A stretch of DNA of 64,000 bases. Origin: Octopus sinensis (lineage: Eukaryota). Shown piece by piece: positions 49,101-61,291 of the stretch. A program made the translations under genes and the position numbers. The notes below the pieces were generated by a model. It was not told where the DNA came from. It saw nothing but the letters and a program-made list of their open reading frames with translations, and made no database searches. The stretch's first letter is position 1, and every line of letters begins with the position of its first letter. The stretch spans positions 23,808,001-23,872,000 of the forward strand of contig NC_043016.1 of assembly GCF_006345805.1 (NCBI RefSeq). Reading direction: 5' to 3'.

Positions 49101-50875
49101 CTTTCTTTCTTTCTCTTCTGAAGTTTAAAGACAAATTGTCCATCTTGTCTGCTCACACATATCATTTCAGAACTTGCCAGGAAACTGACTTATATAAAAA
49201 AAAAGAAAATATGTAATTGGTCCAGCTTTCAAAACTGAAAAGTATGGAAAGACAATATATAAATGTGTGCATGTGTTTAGGTGTATGCGTAGAGAAGGAG
49301 AGTGAGAGGTAATTGTAAAATGTGTTTGTAAGTAGATATGTTCACAGTAATACTCTAGGATAAACGCTTTATTGTGATTAAAATTAAAACCTTCCATCAA
49401 AAATTATTAATCTGTGTTCCAAACTGCAGCTTAATAATGACAGTTATTTGACTAAATTCTTAATTATTTTCAAAATTAATTGAAACATAGGCAATTAATT
49501 TCAACAGGAATATGGTAACAAAAGGGTTAAAATGTACTGTGCAATTTCCACTTTGCTGTTATCTATTCCTCAGAACCATGAGCTGGCTGTTGGAAAGAAT
49601 ATCTATCTTACTGCATTATCTGTGTGTATGCATGCATGTGTGCATGTGTGTGTGTGTGTGTGTTTGTGTGCATGTGTGTGTGTACACATGCATGTAAGTA
49701 TACATATTAGACATATAAAGAAACCGAGACCTTTAGTTTAATTATTTTATCAAATTTGTTTTCTTTTTAGTTTTTAATGTTTTTGTATAGGTTCATTGCC
49801 ATCTGTTTAGAACTGTAATACTATGGCACAGATATCGTTTTGAATGATATATAAGTAAAGCCGTTGAAAATATGAAAATTGATGAAAGAAAAGTGGCCTA
49901 TCTATCTAAACATATGTCTATCTGTCTGACAGTTATTCTGTCTGTCTGCCTCTCTCTCTCTCTCTCTCCCTCTGTCTGTTTGTCTCTCTCTCAGCAAATA
50001 CCTGTGGACATGCATACCTTTATGTAGTTCTCAGGGAGATTCAGCCTCACACACAATGTGACAAGGCTGGCCCCTTTGAATTACAGTCACAGCTCATTTT
50101 TGACAGCTGAGTGCACTGCAGCAAGGTGAAATAGAGGACCTTGCTCAAGAACGTAACGCATCACTGGGAATCATACTCATGACTTTACGATCATGGGCCA
50201 AATACCCCTAATCACTGAGCCATGCACCTTCACTCTCATAACAGTAGAGAAAAAGAGTGAAGCGATAGAGACAGAGAAAGGAAAGCCTCGGTCATTTTCA
50301 ATGACAATTAGACTGAAATATGATCGATTTTTTCTAACTTCTTTACTTTTTACAATGAAGAAGAGGGAAAGACATTTAGTAATGAATAGAGGGAAAGTCT
50401 TTTGGATGTTTACGTTTTTATTCTGGGAGTTCAAGAAGTTTCAAGTGTTAGTTCTCTCTTCTTTCCCTCATCCCTGGTACTTATTTGCTTTCTTTTATAG
50501 TTCTTCATGTCTTTTAGTTGGGGGGCAAAGACCATATTTTTTTCAGGCACATTTAACATTTTCTCTACAAACTACAAACAAGCCCCTGCCTCCCTTCCTT
50601 TTTTCTTTTACATACAAAAACTAATGCAAATTTTGAATGGGATATAACAGTGAAAAGAGACCAGAAAAATGGGTAATACCCCCTACAAAATGGGTGGAGG
50701 AAAAAAGTTGTCAACAGGTGGCTACACAAAATTCAACTCTATACTTTAAAGAGTGTCTTCTACTATAGCTTTGGGCTGACCAAAGCCTCATGAATGAATA
50801 TGGTAGATGGAAACTGAAAGAAGCCCGTCATATAGTCATATATATATATATATATTTATATATGTATGTATGTAC

Positions 50876-50927
<52 letters not shown>

Positions 50928-51444
50928 ATATATTTATGTATGTGTGTTTGTGTCTGTGTTTGTCCCACCACCACCACCATCATTTGACATCCGATGTTGG
51001 TGTCTTTGTGTCCCCATAACTAAGCTGTTCGACAGAAGAGATTGATAGAATAAGCACCAAGCTTATAGGGAATAAGTCCAAGGGTCGATTTCTTCAACTG
51101 AATGGTGGTGGTCCAGCATGGCCATAGTCAAATTACTGAAACAAGTAAAGAAATAAAAAATAAAAGAACAGAAGAACCAAGAAGGTTCTTTGAATATGTA
51201 CCATGTATTTTAAGGCTGAGTATTAATTCTGTTTACATTTGTGTAACTGAGATATTTTGGTTGGATTATATAGTCATTGGCGTTATATGTCTTTCTGTAT
51301 TCTGTAACTGTTACAATATAGAAACATTTCTCATGGCACCAGCACATAATTTATAGATGCTTACATTTTTATGCTTTCCATGAAGTTTTCATGTGTCCAG
51401 CTAGTAATTATGATGCTGATGCTGATGATTATGATGGTGGTGGT

Positions 51445-52810
51445 GATGATGCCATATTGGAAGGGTCCTGGACCAGATTTAGTTCAAGGGTATTGGCTAA
51501 TGAAATTTAGTGAACAACTTCAAGATTGCCTTAATGGAGGAATAATACTTGATTGGATGACTAGAAGAACAATACTCTTCATGAAAGATAAGAGCAAGGG
51601 TAATACATACAGCTAGCAATTATAGACTAATCATTTGCTTACCGTTAATGTGGAAGCTGTTAACAGGGATGCTTTCAGAAAGTATTTATGAGCACCTTGA
51701 AAACCAGAATTTACTACCAGAAGAACAGAAAGGTTGCAGGAAGAAAGCTACAGGAACGTATGATCTATTATATATAGACAAAGCAGTTCTATATGAAGTA
51801 AAAGCTAGAAAGAAAAATCTAACAATATCATGGATAGATTATAGTAATGAGCCCACACTCATGGATGAGTGAATGTTTGAAGATGCTTAATATAGCAGAC
51901 AACATAAGAGAATTAATTAGCTTTAGTATGAAGAAATGGAAAGTAGATCTCTACTCAGGTGACACACTTATAAAGAAAGTTAATAGCAAAAGAGGAATTT
52001 TTCAGAGGTACATGTTGTTCCCTTTAATATTTGTTTTATGTTTGATCACCCTCAGTTTAGTATCAAGGAAGGCAAAAGCAGGGTATCAGTTCAGAAATAG
52101 TAAAGGAAAACTTAACCATTTGCTCTTCGTGGATGATCTGAAAAAGAGATAGATTCCTTAATTCAGGCTGTAAGACTCTTCAGCAAAGATATAGGCATGG
52201 AATTTGGCATAGATAAGTGTGCTATATTAGTCATGAGAAGGAGACAGGTTGTCAACAGTGAAGACATCCAATTACCAGATGGCCAGACATTAAAACCATT
52301 GAAAGGAGGAGAGAGATATAAGTATCTAGTAGTATTAGAATCTGATAGGGTACTAACTACAGAAATGAAAACAGAAAGGAAGCTAATGAAGTCAAAACTA
52401 AATTATCCGAATCTAGTGAAGGCTATAAATACTTGGGTAGTATCATTACTTAGATACCCAGCAGTTTTTGTAAATTGGACAAAAACTGAATTACCAAAGC
52501 TGGACAGAAGAACTAGGAAGGAATTCAATATGAATGGAGGACTCCACCCAAAGGCAGGAGTAGCAAGATTATACCTACTTAGAAAGGAAGCCAAAAGAGG
52601 GTTAATATCAGTAGAAGACTGAGTTAGCTAGAGTAGATATAGACCCCTATGTAGGTAATAGTGAAGAAAGATTATTAAAAGGTGCTAGAGTCACAAGACA
52701 TAGGGAAACCAAAAACCCAAACGAAGTTAAAAACCAAAAAAAGGAACAGAAATTATCTGACTAGCAGGAGAAGACATTGCATGGTAGAAAATTTCAGGAG
52801 AATTGCCTTA
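51445..52810 (+). mobile_element. Dong/R4-clade LINE RT region, degenerate
   Basis: WKGPGPD, LPEEQKGCRK, SWIDY, PHSW, RGIFQ, NHLLFVDDLK, MEFGIDKCA, YKYL, NLVKAINTW and LHPK...RLYLLRKEAKRGL. Confidence 0.92.
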
Positions 52811-52929
52811 TAAAGCATCTGTCCCCTCCGTTTAGCCCCTTGTGGGCAATAAATAAATAAAAACTGAAAGAAGCCTCTTGTGTGTATGTGTGTGTGTGTG
52901 TGCGTGCGTGCATGCGTGTGTGTGTGTGT

Positions 52930-53155
52930 GTGACATTATACAATAGTTGCAAATGAATATCACTGTCGTACAAGCAATGTTGCTCATTTCCATTCTTCCA
53001 TGAAGAACATGTCTTAGCCATTGGCAAGTATTACTTTGCTTGGAAACAGGTGAGGATTGGTGACAGGAAGGGCATCAAGATGTAGGAAAATTCTGCCTCA
53101 ACAAATTCTCTCTGACACATGAAAGCATGGAAAAGTGAATGTTAAATGATGATGT
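52930..53155 (+). mobile_element. 3' half of a SINE with RTE-type tail
   Basis: gacaggaagggcatc...gcatggaaaagtgaatgttaaatgatgat; similar pieces at 17050-17255 and 42260-42440. Confidence 0.7.
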
Positions 53156-53510
53156 TGTAGGTGGTGGTGGTGGTGGTGGTGGTGATATAACTGATGCTAT
53201 CAATGTTGATGAGCTTATTATTGAGCTATTCAAAGAGAGAAAGGGACTACTTGAAAAAGACTCCAACAGCCAAATTTAATTGTCCTTTGGTTGTAAAAAT
53301 TTTTGAATTAGAATAGGAACCAGTTACCAGAGTCTTTCCTAACATTTACATCAGACATGGTTATCCCATGCAATATTTAGCACCAAGAAAAAATAAAAAG
53401 AAAAGAAAGAGAGATATCATCCAGAGAGAAAAGCTGCTGCAAAATCAGTAGGTAACACTACTACTCTGGATCATATTGTAAATTATCCAGCAATTTCTGT
53501 ACAGTGTTAA

Positions 53511-53727
53511 CGCTTTAGAATTTAAACCGACCATATCCAGCCAAAATATTCTACCTGTTTTATATTCAAAATGGCCAGATTTGGCCTCTTACACAAATCC
53601 TACAATATCATTATAAAAAATTAACTGTTACCTTATTAAAATCTTGAAGCTATGAGCGCATGATTAATTCAAAACAATGTGAATAAATTAGCAGTGCAAT
53701 TGACAGAATAATGTGAATTTTAAAGGG
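53511..53727. mobile_element. piggyBac-type MITE
   Basis: ttaa|cgctttaga...taaaggg|ttaa; homolog of 45228-45447. Confidence 0.8.
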
Positions 53728-53798
53728 TTAAACCTGCAGGAGCTACGCCATTCAGTCTAAAGTTTGGTGCATCAATAAATCTACTTTATAATCTAGAT

Positions 53799-54000
53799 CA
53801 GTGGTTTTCAACCAGGGTTCCGCCAGTACAGTCCAGGGGTTCCGCAAGAAGTTACAAAACTGCTAAAATCGGCAGTAATTTTTAAGTCTCCTGTGCAGAT
53901 ATGTGTGCATAAGACTATTAAATTATTGGACAGGGTGTTCCTCAAGCCAGTGGAATGTTTCCTTGGGATTCCGCTCCAGCAAAAAGTTTGAAAAGCACTG
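53799..54000. mobile_element. 202-bp hAT (Buster/Charlie-type) MITE
   Basis: TIR cagtggttttcaa/ttgaaaagcactg; perfect 8-bp TSD atctagat (nnnTAnnn) at 53791-53798 and 54001-54008. Confidence 0.92.
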
Positions 54001-55148
54001 ATCTAGATCAACCTAAACATAATAATTTTGGCAAAAGAATGACCATCAAAATCATGACACCTCATGTTCTGGAGAACACACTCAAGTCAGGAAAATTTAC
54101 TGGTAACTTTTCATTTCTAGATTACCTATGAAGCCAACTTATTTTTCACACTGCTCTGGTTCCTACATTGCTGTTCATGAGCTTCTCACCAGAGTTAACA
54201 GCCTTCATACAACCCACACAGATGCCTGTAGATATATATAAAAATCCATCGAACATTCTATTCATCATTTTATTGTGTATATGCGTGTGACCACAATGAA
54301 AGTGTTAAAGTTACCGACTCATGTTTTATACATTCTTTACCAGGTTCCTACCACTACAACGACATAACAGCCTTCTGAGAGTCATATTAGATGGCTCAAT
54401 AACAACCTTCACCATCTAAAGGATTTTAAAAGGGTCACTTTTCTTTTGTATCCAACTTTACCAAATCTCACCTCATATTCTTCGAGAACACAGCCATGTC
54501 AGGAAAATTTGCTGGTAACTATTCATTTCTAGATTACCTATGAAGCCATCTTAATTCATAATTAAATTTAAAAAGGGTCACTTTTCTTTCATATCCAGCT
54601 TCCCCAAATCTCAAGAGTATTCACTGAAAGTCAGTGAACTAGACCTAGAGGATCCTTTATTTCTTTTCTTTCTCACAGTCAGCCAGCTGGTACTTCAAGA
54701 GCTAGGATCCTTGAAGGCCACATCGTCATAGCATCACAGGAGAAAAATCAAGAATATTATTTTCTGTGAGGTTTTGGAATAAATAAGTGAAAAACTGTTG
54801 CTGTTATAATTACTTCAGTAAAAATATCCTATTTCCATTAATCAAATGGGTTGTACTGTACGCTGGACCTGCAGATTAGTGAACAGAAGTAGCACTGCCA
54901 TTTCTTTTACCACCATTGTCTCTATCACTACCGTCGTCCGTTTCATCAGTACCAACAGTTTCACTATTTATCCCTATCGTCTCTTTCATTACCATTGTTT
55001 CATTCAGCAGAGTCATCTATTCCAACGCTGGTTGTCTGTTTAACCACTGTCCTCATTGGGATGCCTAGGTAAGCAGTAACACTGCTGGTATTAATCTACT
55101 AAAACAACTTCGTTTAATAGAAAATACTTCAATAACAACCACAGAATC

Positions 55149-55579
55149 GGATCTTTTCGGTTCGAACGGCAGTTTTTTTAAAATAATTTCAACGTAACTA
55201 AACACTTTTAAACTTCGTATAGTGGTAGAATGTGTCTATAAAACATCTTTTTCTCTTGGCTTTATTGAGAAAATTCTATAATTTGTAAAATATTTGTTGT
55301 TTTTTTCTTCAATTTCTGCAATTTCAACCAATCAATGATGTCTATTGAGGTAAAAAAAAACATTCTGTGCCGAATGAATATGTCCATCGTTTAAGAAACA
55401 GATTGGGTTTATTTACATTTCAGAAGAAAAAAATATAGCCTTCTCCCCACCTCTAACCTTAACCCTAACTAACCCTAAAACAGATTGAAATGCAACAGAT
55501 CGATACTAGGGTCATAATTATGGGTGACAATTTTATATGACACCGCTAGAAAAAACTGCCGTTCAAACCGAAAAGATCC
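55149..55579. mobile_element. 431-bp MITE with ~30-bp TIR and 8-bp TSD (Merlin-like)
   Basis: ggatcttttcggttcgaacggcagtttttt...aaaaaactgccgttcaaaccgaaaagatcc; flanks acagaatc and acaaaatc. Confidence 0.88.
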
Positions 55580-56274
55580 ACAAAATCTTCAATGTGATAT
55601 TTACAAAGTTTAAAACAACAACAACAACAACAAATAATTAGGAAGCTTCTGTTTGGTTGTCTCATCTGTCAGAAATGGCAGCCTATTTCGTATTGAATCA
55701 CAGCATACTAATCGGAGAATGTAGTTATATTGAACAATGGAATCCAAGATAAATCATGCCCGAAACAAAAAGATGGTAACTTCAAGGTGGAATGTCTTTG
55801 ATCATAAGTCTGCTCCATTAGAGATGACCTCAGAGCTCAACAACAATAACAACAGCAGCGACAACAACAACATCGATGACGACAACCAAATAAAAATGTT
55901 CCTTCCTCTTAGCTATCTCCCAAAATGGAAGAAAAGAAGGTAATCTTTCGTCTCTAGTAGACCTTTCCGTCGATTTCCGTAAAAAAATTTTTTTTTTTAC
56001 ATATGGGCTTGCGGGAACTTTTGAAGTAATGAGAGCGAAAGAGACTAAGAGAAAGCGATTGTATGACGAGGGAAGTTCTTTTGAAGTTACCGTGCATGGG
56101 AAGCATTGATGTACATGTGTGTGTGTGTGTGTTTGATGGGGTGTGGGAGACAGAAAGTATGTTGTGTAAATGAAGTGCTTGTGTTAGTGTGTGTGAAGAG
56201 ACAGAGTAATGTGTGAAAGAAAGAGATAACTGAATTTTTTTACTCGGTGTATGTGTATATGTATGTATCGCAAG

Positions 56275-57478
56275 AAATGAAGCTAGTATGCTCCGATGGA
56301 TGTGTAACGTCAGTGTTCATAATCGACAGAGTGTAAGTACCTTGAGAGAAAAGTTGAACCTAAGAAGTATCAGTTGTTGTGTGCAAGAGAGACGTATGTG
56401 CTGGTATGGTCATGTGATGAGAATGGCTGAAGATAGTTGTGTGCGAAAGTGCCACACCCTGGCAGTTGAGGGGACCTGTGGAAGAGGTAGACCCAGGAAA
56501 ACCTGGGTCGAGGCGGTGAAGCACGACCTTCGAACATTAGGTCTCACCAAGGAAATGACCAGTGACCGAGACCTTTGGAGGTATGCTGTGCGTGAGAAAA
56601 CCCGGCAAGACCAGTGAGAACAGTCAAAATCAAGATCAAACAAATTGAGGTCGATCAACATCAGGGCCCCCGTGCAGGTGACACGTAAAAGTACCATCCG
56701 TTCGTAGCCGTTCGCCAGCCCTGTCTGGCCCCCGTGTAGGTGGCACGTAAAAGCACCATCCGTTCGTGTTCGTTGCCAGCCTGGCCTGGCCCCCGTGCCG
56801 GTGACACGTAAAAGTACCATCCGTTTGTGGCCGTTTGCCAGCTCTGTCTGGCCCCCGTGCCGGTGACACGTAAAAGCACCATCCATTCGTGGCCGTTGCC
56901 AGCCCTGTCTGGCCCCCATGTCGGTGACATGTAAAAGCACCATCCGTTCGTGTCCGTTGCCAGCCTCGCCTGGCCCCCGTGCCGGTGACACGTAAAAGCA
57001 CCATCCGTTCGTGGCCGTTGCCAGCCCTGTCTGGCCCCCATGTCAGTGGCATGTAAAAGCACCATCCGTTCGTGCCCGTTGCCAGCCTCACCTGGCCCCC
57101 GTGCCGGTGACACGTAAAAGCACCATCCGTTTCGTGGCCGTTTGCCAGCTCTGTCTGGCCCCGTGTTGGTGGCACGTAAAAGCACCATCCGTTCGTGTCC
57201 GTTGCCAGCCTCGCCTGGCCCCGTGCCGGTGACACGTAAAAGCACCATCCGTTCGTGGCCGTTTGCCAGCTCTGTCTGGCACCTGTGCAGGTGGCACATA
57301 AAAAGCACCCACTACACTCACGGAGTGGTTGGCGTTAGGAAGGGCATCCAGCCGTAGAAACACTGCCAGATCTGACTGGGCCTGATGAAGCCTTCCAGCT
57401 TCACAGACCCCAGTTGAACCGTCCAACCCATGCTAGCATGGAAAACGGACGCTAAATGATGATGATGATGATGATGAT
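56275..57478 (+). mobile_element. 5'-truncated RTE LINE: ORF2 C-terminus plus 3' UTR with 10 tandem ~61-bp units
   Basis: MLRWMC...RMCWYGHVMR...EGTCGRGRPRKTW...KTRQDQ* (56288-56617), array at 56661-57300, unique 3' body and (GAT)n tail. Confidence 0.92.
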
Positions 57479-58670
57479 TACTTCAAAAGTTCCCGCAAGC
57501 CCATATGTATAAAAAAATTTTTTTACGGAAATCGACGGAAAGTTCTACTAGAGACGAAAGATCGCCGAAAAGAATGATTTTGAAATCAATATCAGGAAAT
57601 GATGTAGAGGAAAGATAGCACTGTTTCATCTGCAGGTTCCTATCAAGCAATCCATTTAAAACTGACTTATTCGATGTCTTCTTCGCCATTTGCAGTTTTC
57701 TTGGATTTTCGCCTCTTCATCTTTATTGTTTCGTTCACGAGTTGTTTATTGTTGGTAGTTATGGTGATGGTGACATACAGTGGTAGTGATGGTGGTGGTG
57801 ATCTTTATCAAGTCTCCACTCATTTCTTTTCCCCACTCCTTCTCTGTGTTTGTAAATTTATTTAATCATTTCATTATTATGCATTTGCGGTCGATATAGT
57901 TGTTGCTAATATTACTTAACAGCCGTAAACCACAGAAACAAAAAAGACATAACCAGCCACGGCAGCGAAGCAATAATAACTGTCCCATTACTGTCACAAT
58001 CATGATGTATGCATTGAATGTGTGCGAATATTTGTTATGTTTGGACGTACAAGCATGCATATATTTATGTGTAGCCCTACACACACGCGCGCACATACAC
58101 ATACACACAGGTATACATATATTTTACAAATGTATTATGTATACTCTTTTACTTGTTTCAGTCATTTGACTGCGGCCATGCTGGAGCACCGCCTTTGAAA
58201 TGTATGTACATATGCGCAGCGCTAATCTTGTGGCAAGCTTTCTGCAGCCGGATACCCTTATATAGATAGATAATTAGATAGATAGTTATCTTTATGTGTG
58301 TGTGTGTGTGTGCGCGTGCGTGTATGTATTCATGTATGTGCATGAGTGTGTGTATGCATGCATAGACACACACACACACACACACACACACATAAAATGT
58401 ATGTGTGTGTGTTGAAGTACATCACTTAGTGGTTAGGCTGTTGCACTCATGATCGTCAAGCTTGTGGTTTTGATACCAGGACTTGACAATGTGTTGTGTT
58501 GTTCAGCAAAACACTCAACTGGCAAAACGTAGTACTCTAGCAACAAATTAGCGTCCTATCCGGGAAAGGAATATATGCATCACAGGATACAGGAAACCAG
58601 CTTTATGAGGCTATGGCTTGGGAAGGACCTTTGACATTTTTCTTTTTGGTATATTTAAATATATATTTGT

Positions 58671-58713
<43 letters not shown>

Positions 58714-59119
58714 TGCAGTCTTTGAATGCTGGGTCTCACGAAGGCGAGGATGAATGCTCAAAACTTTTGGTGATTTGCTGTGCTTGTGAAGACTCATCAA
58801 GCCTAGAGGAATCATAGTTGTGGCCAGTACTGGTGACATGTAAAAGCATCCATACCAGTGACACGTAAAAGGCACCCACTACACTCTGTGAAGTAGTTGG
58901 CATTAGGAAGGGCGTCCAGCTAAAGAAACCAAGTCAAAATCAGACAAACCTGGTACAGCTCTCTGGCTTACCAGTTCTTGCTAAATCATCTAATCCATGC
59001 CTGCATAGAAAATGAATGCTTAATGGGGATGATATATACTCACACACATCATCATTGTTAAACATCCATGTTCCATGCTGACATGTATACATATATATAT
59101 TGTATATGTGTATGTGTGT

Positions 59120-59535
59120 ATGTATATATATATATAATTTATAAGTAAGGGCAAAAGAAAAAATTTCTAATACCAAAATATGCCGAAAATAGACACAACG
59201 TCAATAACCATGTAATTCATCACTACAAGCACACGTTTCAAAGAAAGCCGACAAGAATTTCTAAAAAATCCCATTATTACCATATCAGACCCGATTTCAG
59301 AGTTAGTTCATATGAACCTTCCCTTCATCAGTGATAAATGCGGTACAGAAATAAGTGAAATACTTACTTATACCCATGGAAGAAGTGAACACTAAGTCAT
59401 GAACACAACTAAGTACCCCAAATATATCCAAAATAGAAACTCTCTAGCCCATCTCGAGACACGTGTGATTCGAACTAAAAACTCTTGTACAGTGAGAAAG
59501 TCCAGAAGTGAATACTATTAAATATATATGAATAC
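59120..59535 (-). mobile_element. (TA)n-flanked non-coding element containing a hammerhead
   Basis: Homologous to about 60920-61271 (gatatat(t/c)tggggtactta, ccatggg...gtaagtatttca, cttttgccctt). Confidence 0.75.
59283..59336 (-). ncRNA. Near-canonical type I hammerhead ribozyme
   Basis: TATCA-CTGATGA-AGGG aag gttc atat gaac taa CTCT-GAAA-tcggg-TC-TGATA: 5-bp stem I, intact core, GUC triplet, minimal stem III. Confidence 0.8.
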
Positions 59536-59543
59536 TATATATA

Positions 59544-59702
59544 GGAGTGGCTGTGTGGTAAGTAGCTAGCTAACCAACCACATGGTTCCGGGTTCAGTCC
59601 CACTGCGTGGCATCTCGGGCAAGTGTCTTCTGCTATAGCCCCGGGCTGACCAATGCCTTGTGAGTGGATTTGGTAGACGGAAACTGAAAGAAGCCTGTCG
59701 TA

Positions 59703-59744
<42 letters not shown>

Positions 59745-59945
59745 AGTGTCTGTGTTTGTCCCCCTAGCATTGCTTGACAACCGATGCTGGTGTGTTTACG
59801 TCCCTGTCACTTAGTGGTTCGGCAAAAGAGACCGATAGAATAAGTACTGGGCTTACAAAGAATAAGTCCCGGGGTCGATTTGCTCGACTAAAAAGGCGGT
59901 GCTCCAGCATGGCCGCAGTCAAATGACTGAAACAAGTAAAAGAGT
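59544..59945 (+). mobile_element. tRNA-derived SINE family A, full length (CORE-like block; internal TA/TG microsatellite)
   Basis: ggagtggctgtgtggtaag head, ggttcagtccc B-box-like motif, gggcaagtgtcttc block, tail ggcggtgctccagcatggccgcagtcaaatgactgaaacaagtaaaagag. Confidence 0.9.
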
Positions 59946-59975
59946 AAAGAGTATATATGTGAGAAAAAAGAAAAT

Positions 59976-60504
59976 GGAGAAATTGACATATAAACATCAA
60001 TTTATTAAAACAAGCAAAAACAAACTCTTAACACCTACAGTTGTTTCCATGCTCAAACTCAATTTGAGAAATTACATTAAATTAAATTGATGATTCCTAT
60101 TGAATATAGCTAATTGGGCATTTTGTCAGCAGAGCAATTTGATAGAAAGGGGCTACATTCCAATGTGTTGGTAGATCCTTGATAGACTCAGGTATGTGCG
60201 TTTTTGCATCCAATGTATTTAAAAAATATATTGGACATATTTTTAAATAAATTGGAGGCAAAAATGCACATATCTGAGTCTATCTAGGATCTACCAACAC
60301 ATTAGAATGTAGCCCCTTTCTATCAAATTCATCTGCTGATGAAATGTCCAATTAGCTATATTCAATAAGAAACTTTAATTTAATTTATTTTAATTCAATT
60401 TAATTTCTCAAATTGAATTAATTGAGCATAGAAACACTTGTAGGTGCTAAGAGTTTGTTTTTGTTGAGAATAAAATGTTCTAATAACTTGATGTCAATTT
60501 CTCC
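59976..60504. repeat. ~530-bp imperfect palindrome
   Basis: ggagaaattgacat...tccaatgtatttaaaaaatat / atatttttaaataaattgga...atgtcaatttctcc, with scattered mismatches and indels. Confidence 0.9.
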
Positions 60505-60673
60505 AATTTCTTTTTCTTATACATGAACAAAAATATACCCATATCCATCAATGCAAATGTTAACATCTTTAGTTTTTCACTGATGCACTGGATAAAACTG
60601 GAGAACTTGGATGCTGACATCCATTTAAGATGGTTTTATATCCTTGATTTAATTGTATATTTATAGATATATA

Positions 60674-61271
60674 TATTTCTGTAGTGGGTATAATAATATG
60701 TGGAAATTGACGATTTAAAAGTTATCAGCATATTGGCATAGAAATAATTTTCTTTTGCCCTTGTTTATAATTTTAACCTTTAAAGGTATTTTAATATGCT
60801 GCCACTTTTTTTTTTGATGAAATTTTTTCTGTAAAAAAACTTCATCCTATATTAGTAGTAGATTTATTACTATTCGCTATAGGGACTGGTTACCATTATA
60901 AGCTGTGGTGGAGAACAGTTCACACGTGTGCTGAGGCTAACCAAAGGATTTTATATTTAGATATATCTGGGGTACTTATATGTAGGCATGACTTTTGCTT
61001 CGGCTTTTTTCCATGGGCGCATGTAAGTATTTCATTTATTTCTATTCGTATTTTCTACTGAAGAGGAAAAGATCTATTATGAGATTAATTCCGAAATTGA
61101 TTCAATATAAAAATAACAAACTCTTTTTTAAAAATTCTGTTGGCTAGCTTTCCTCAATTTCAGCACAACGTATTTCTGTAATGGGTATAATAATATGTGG
61201 AAATTGACGATTTAAAAGTCTGTTATCTGCATATTGGCATAGAAATAATTTCCTTTTGCCCTTGTTTATAA
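60674..61271 (+). mobile_element. Terminally redundant ~500-bp element with hammerhead motif at 61058-61103
   Basis: Direct repeats 60674-60770 and 61171-61271 (offset 497); CTGAAGA-GGAA...TTCC-GAAA-ttgattc. Confidence 0.75.
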
Positions 61272-61291
61272 GTTGTTTATATATATATATA

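Noticed and set aside
54846-55075. Possible exon ending at ag|gtaagc
   Set aside because: Looks like a decayed GAT/GGT-type repeat, and the frames stop before the donor.
56636-57426. 193-215-aa repetitive ORFs and a CRISPR-like look of the 61-bp array
   Set aside because: Whole units repeat with no unique spacers, there are no cas genes, and the context is a eukaryotic LINE 3' UTR; the ORFs are by-products of the tandem repeat.
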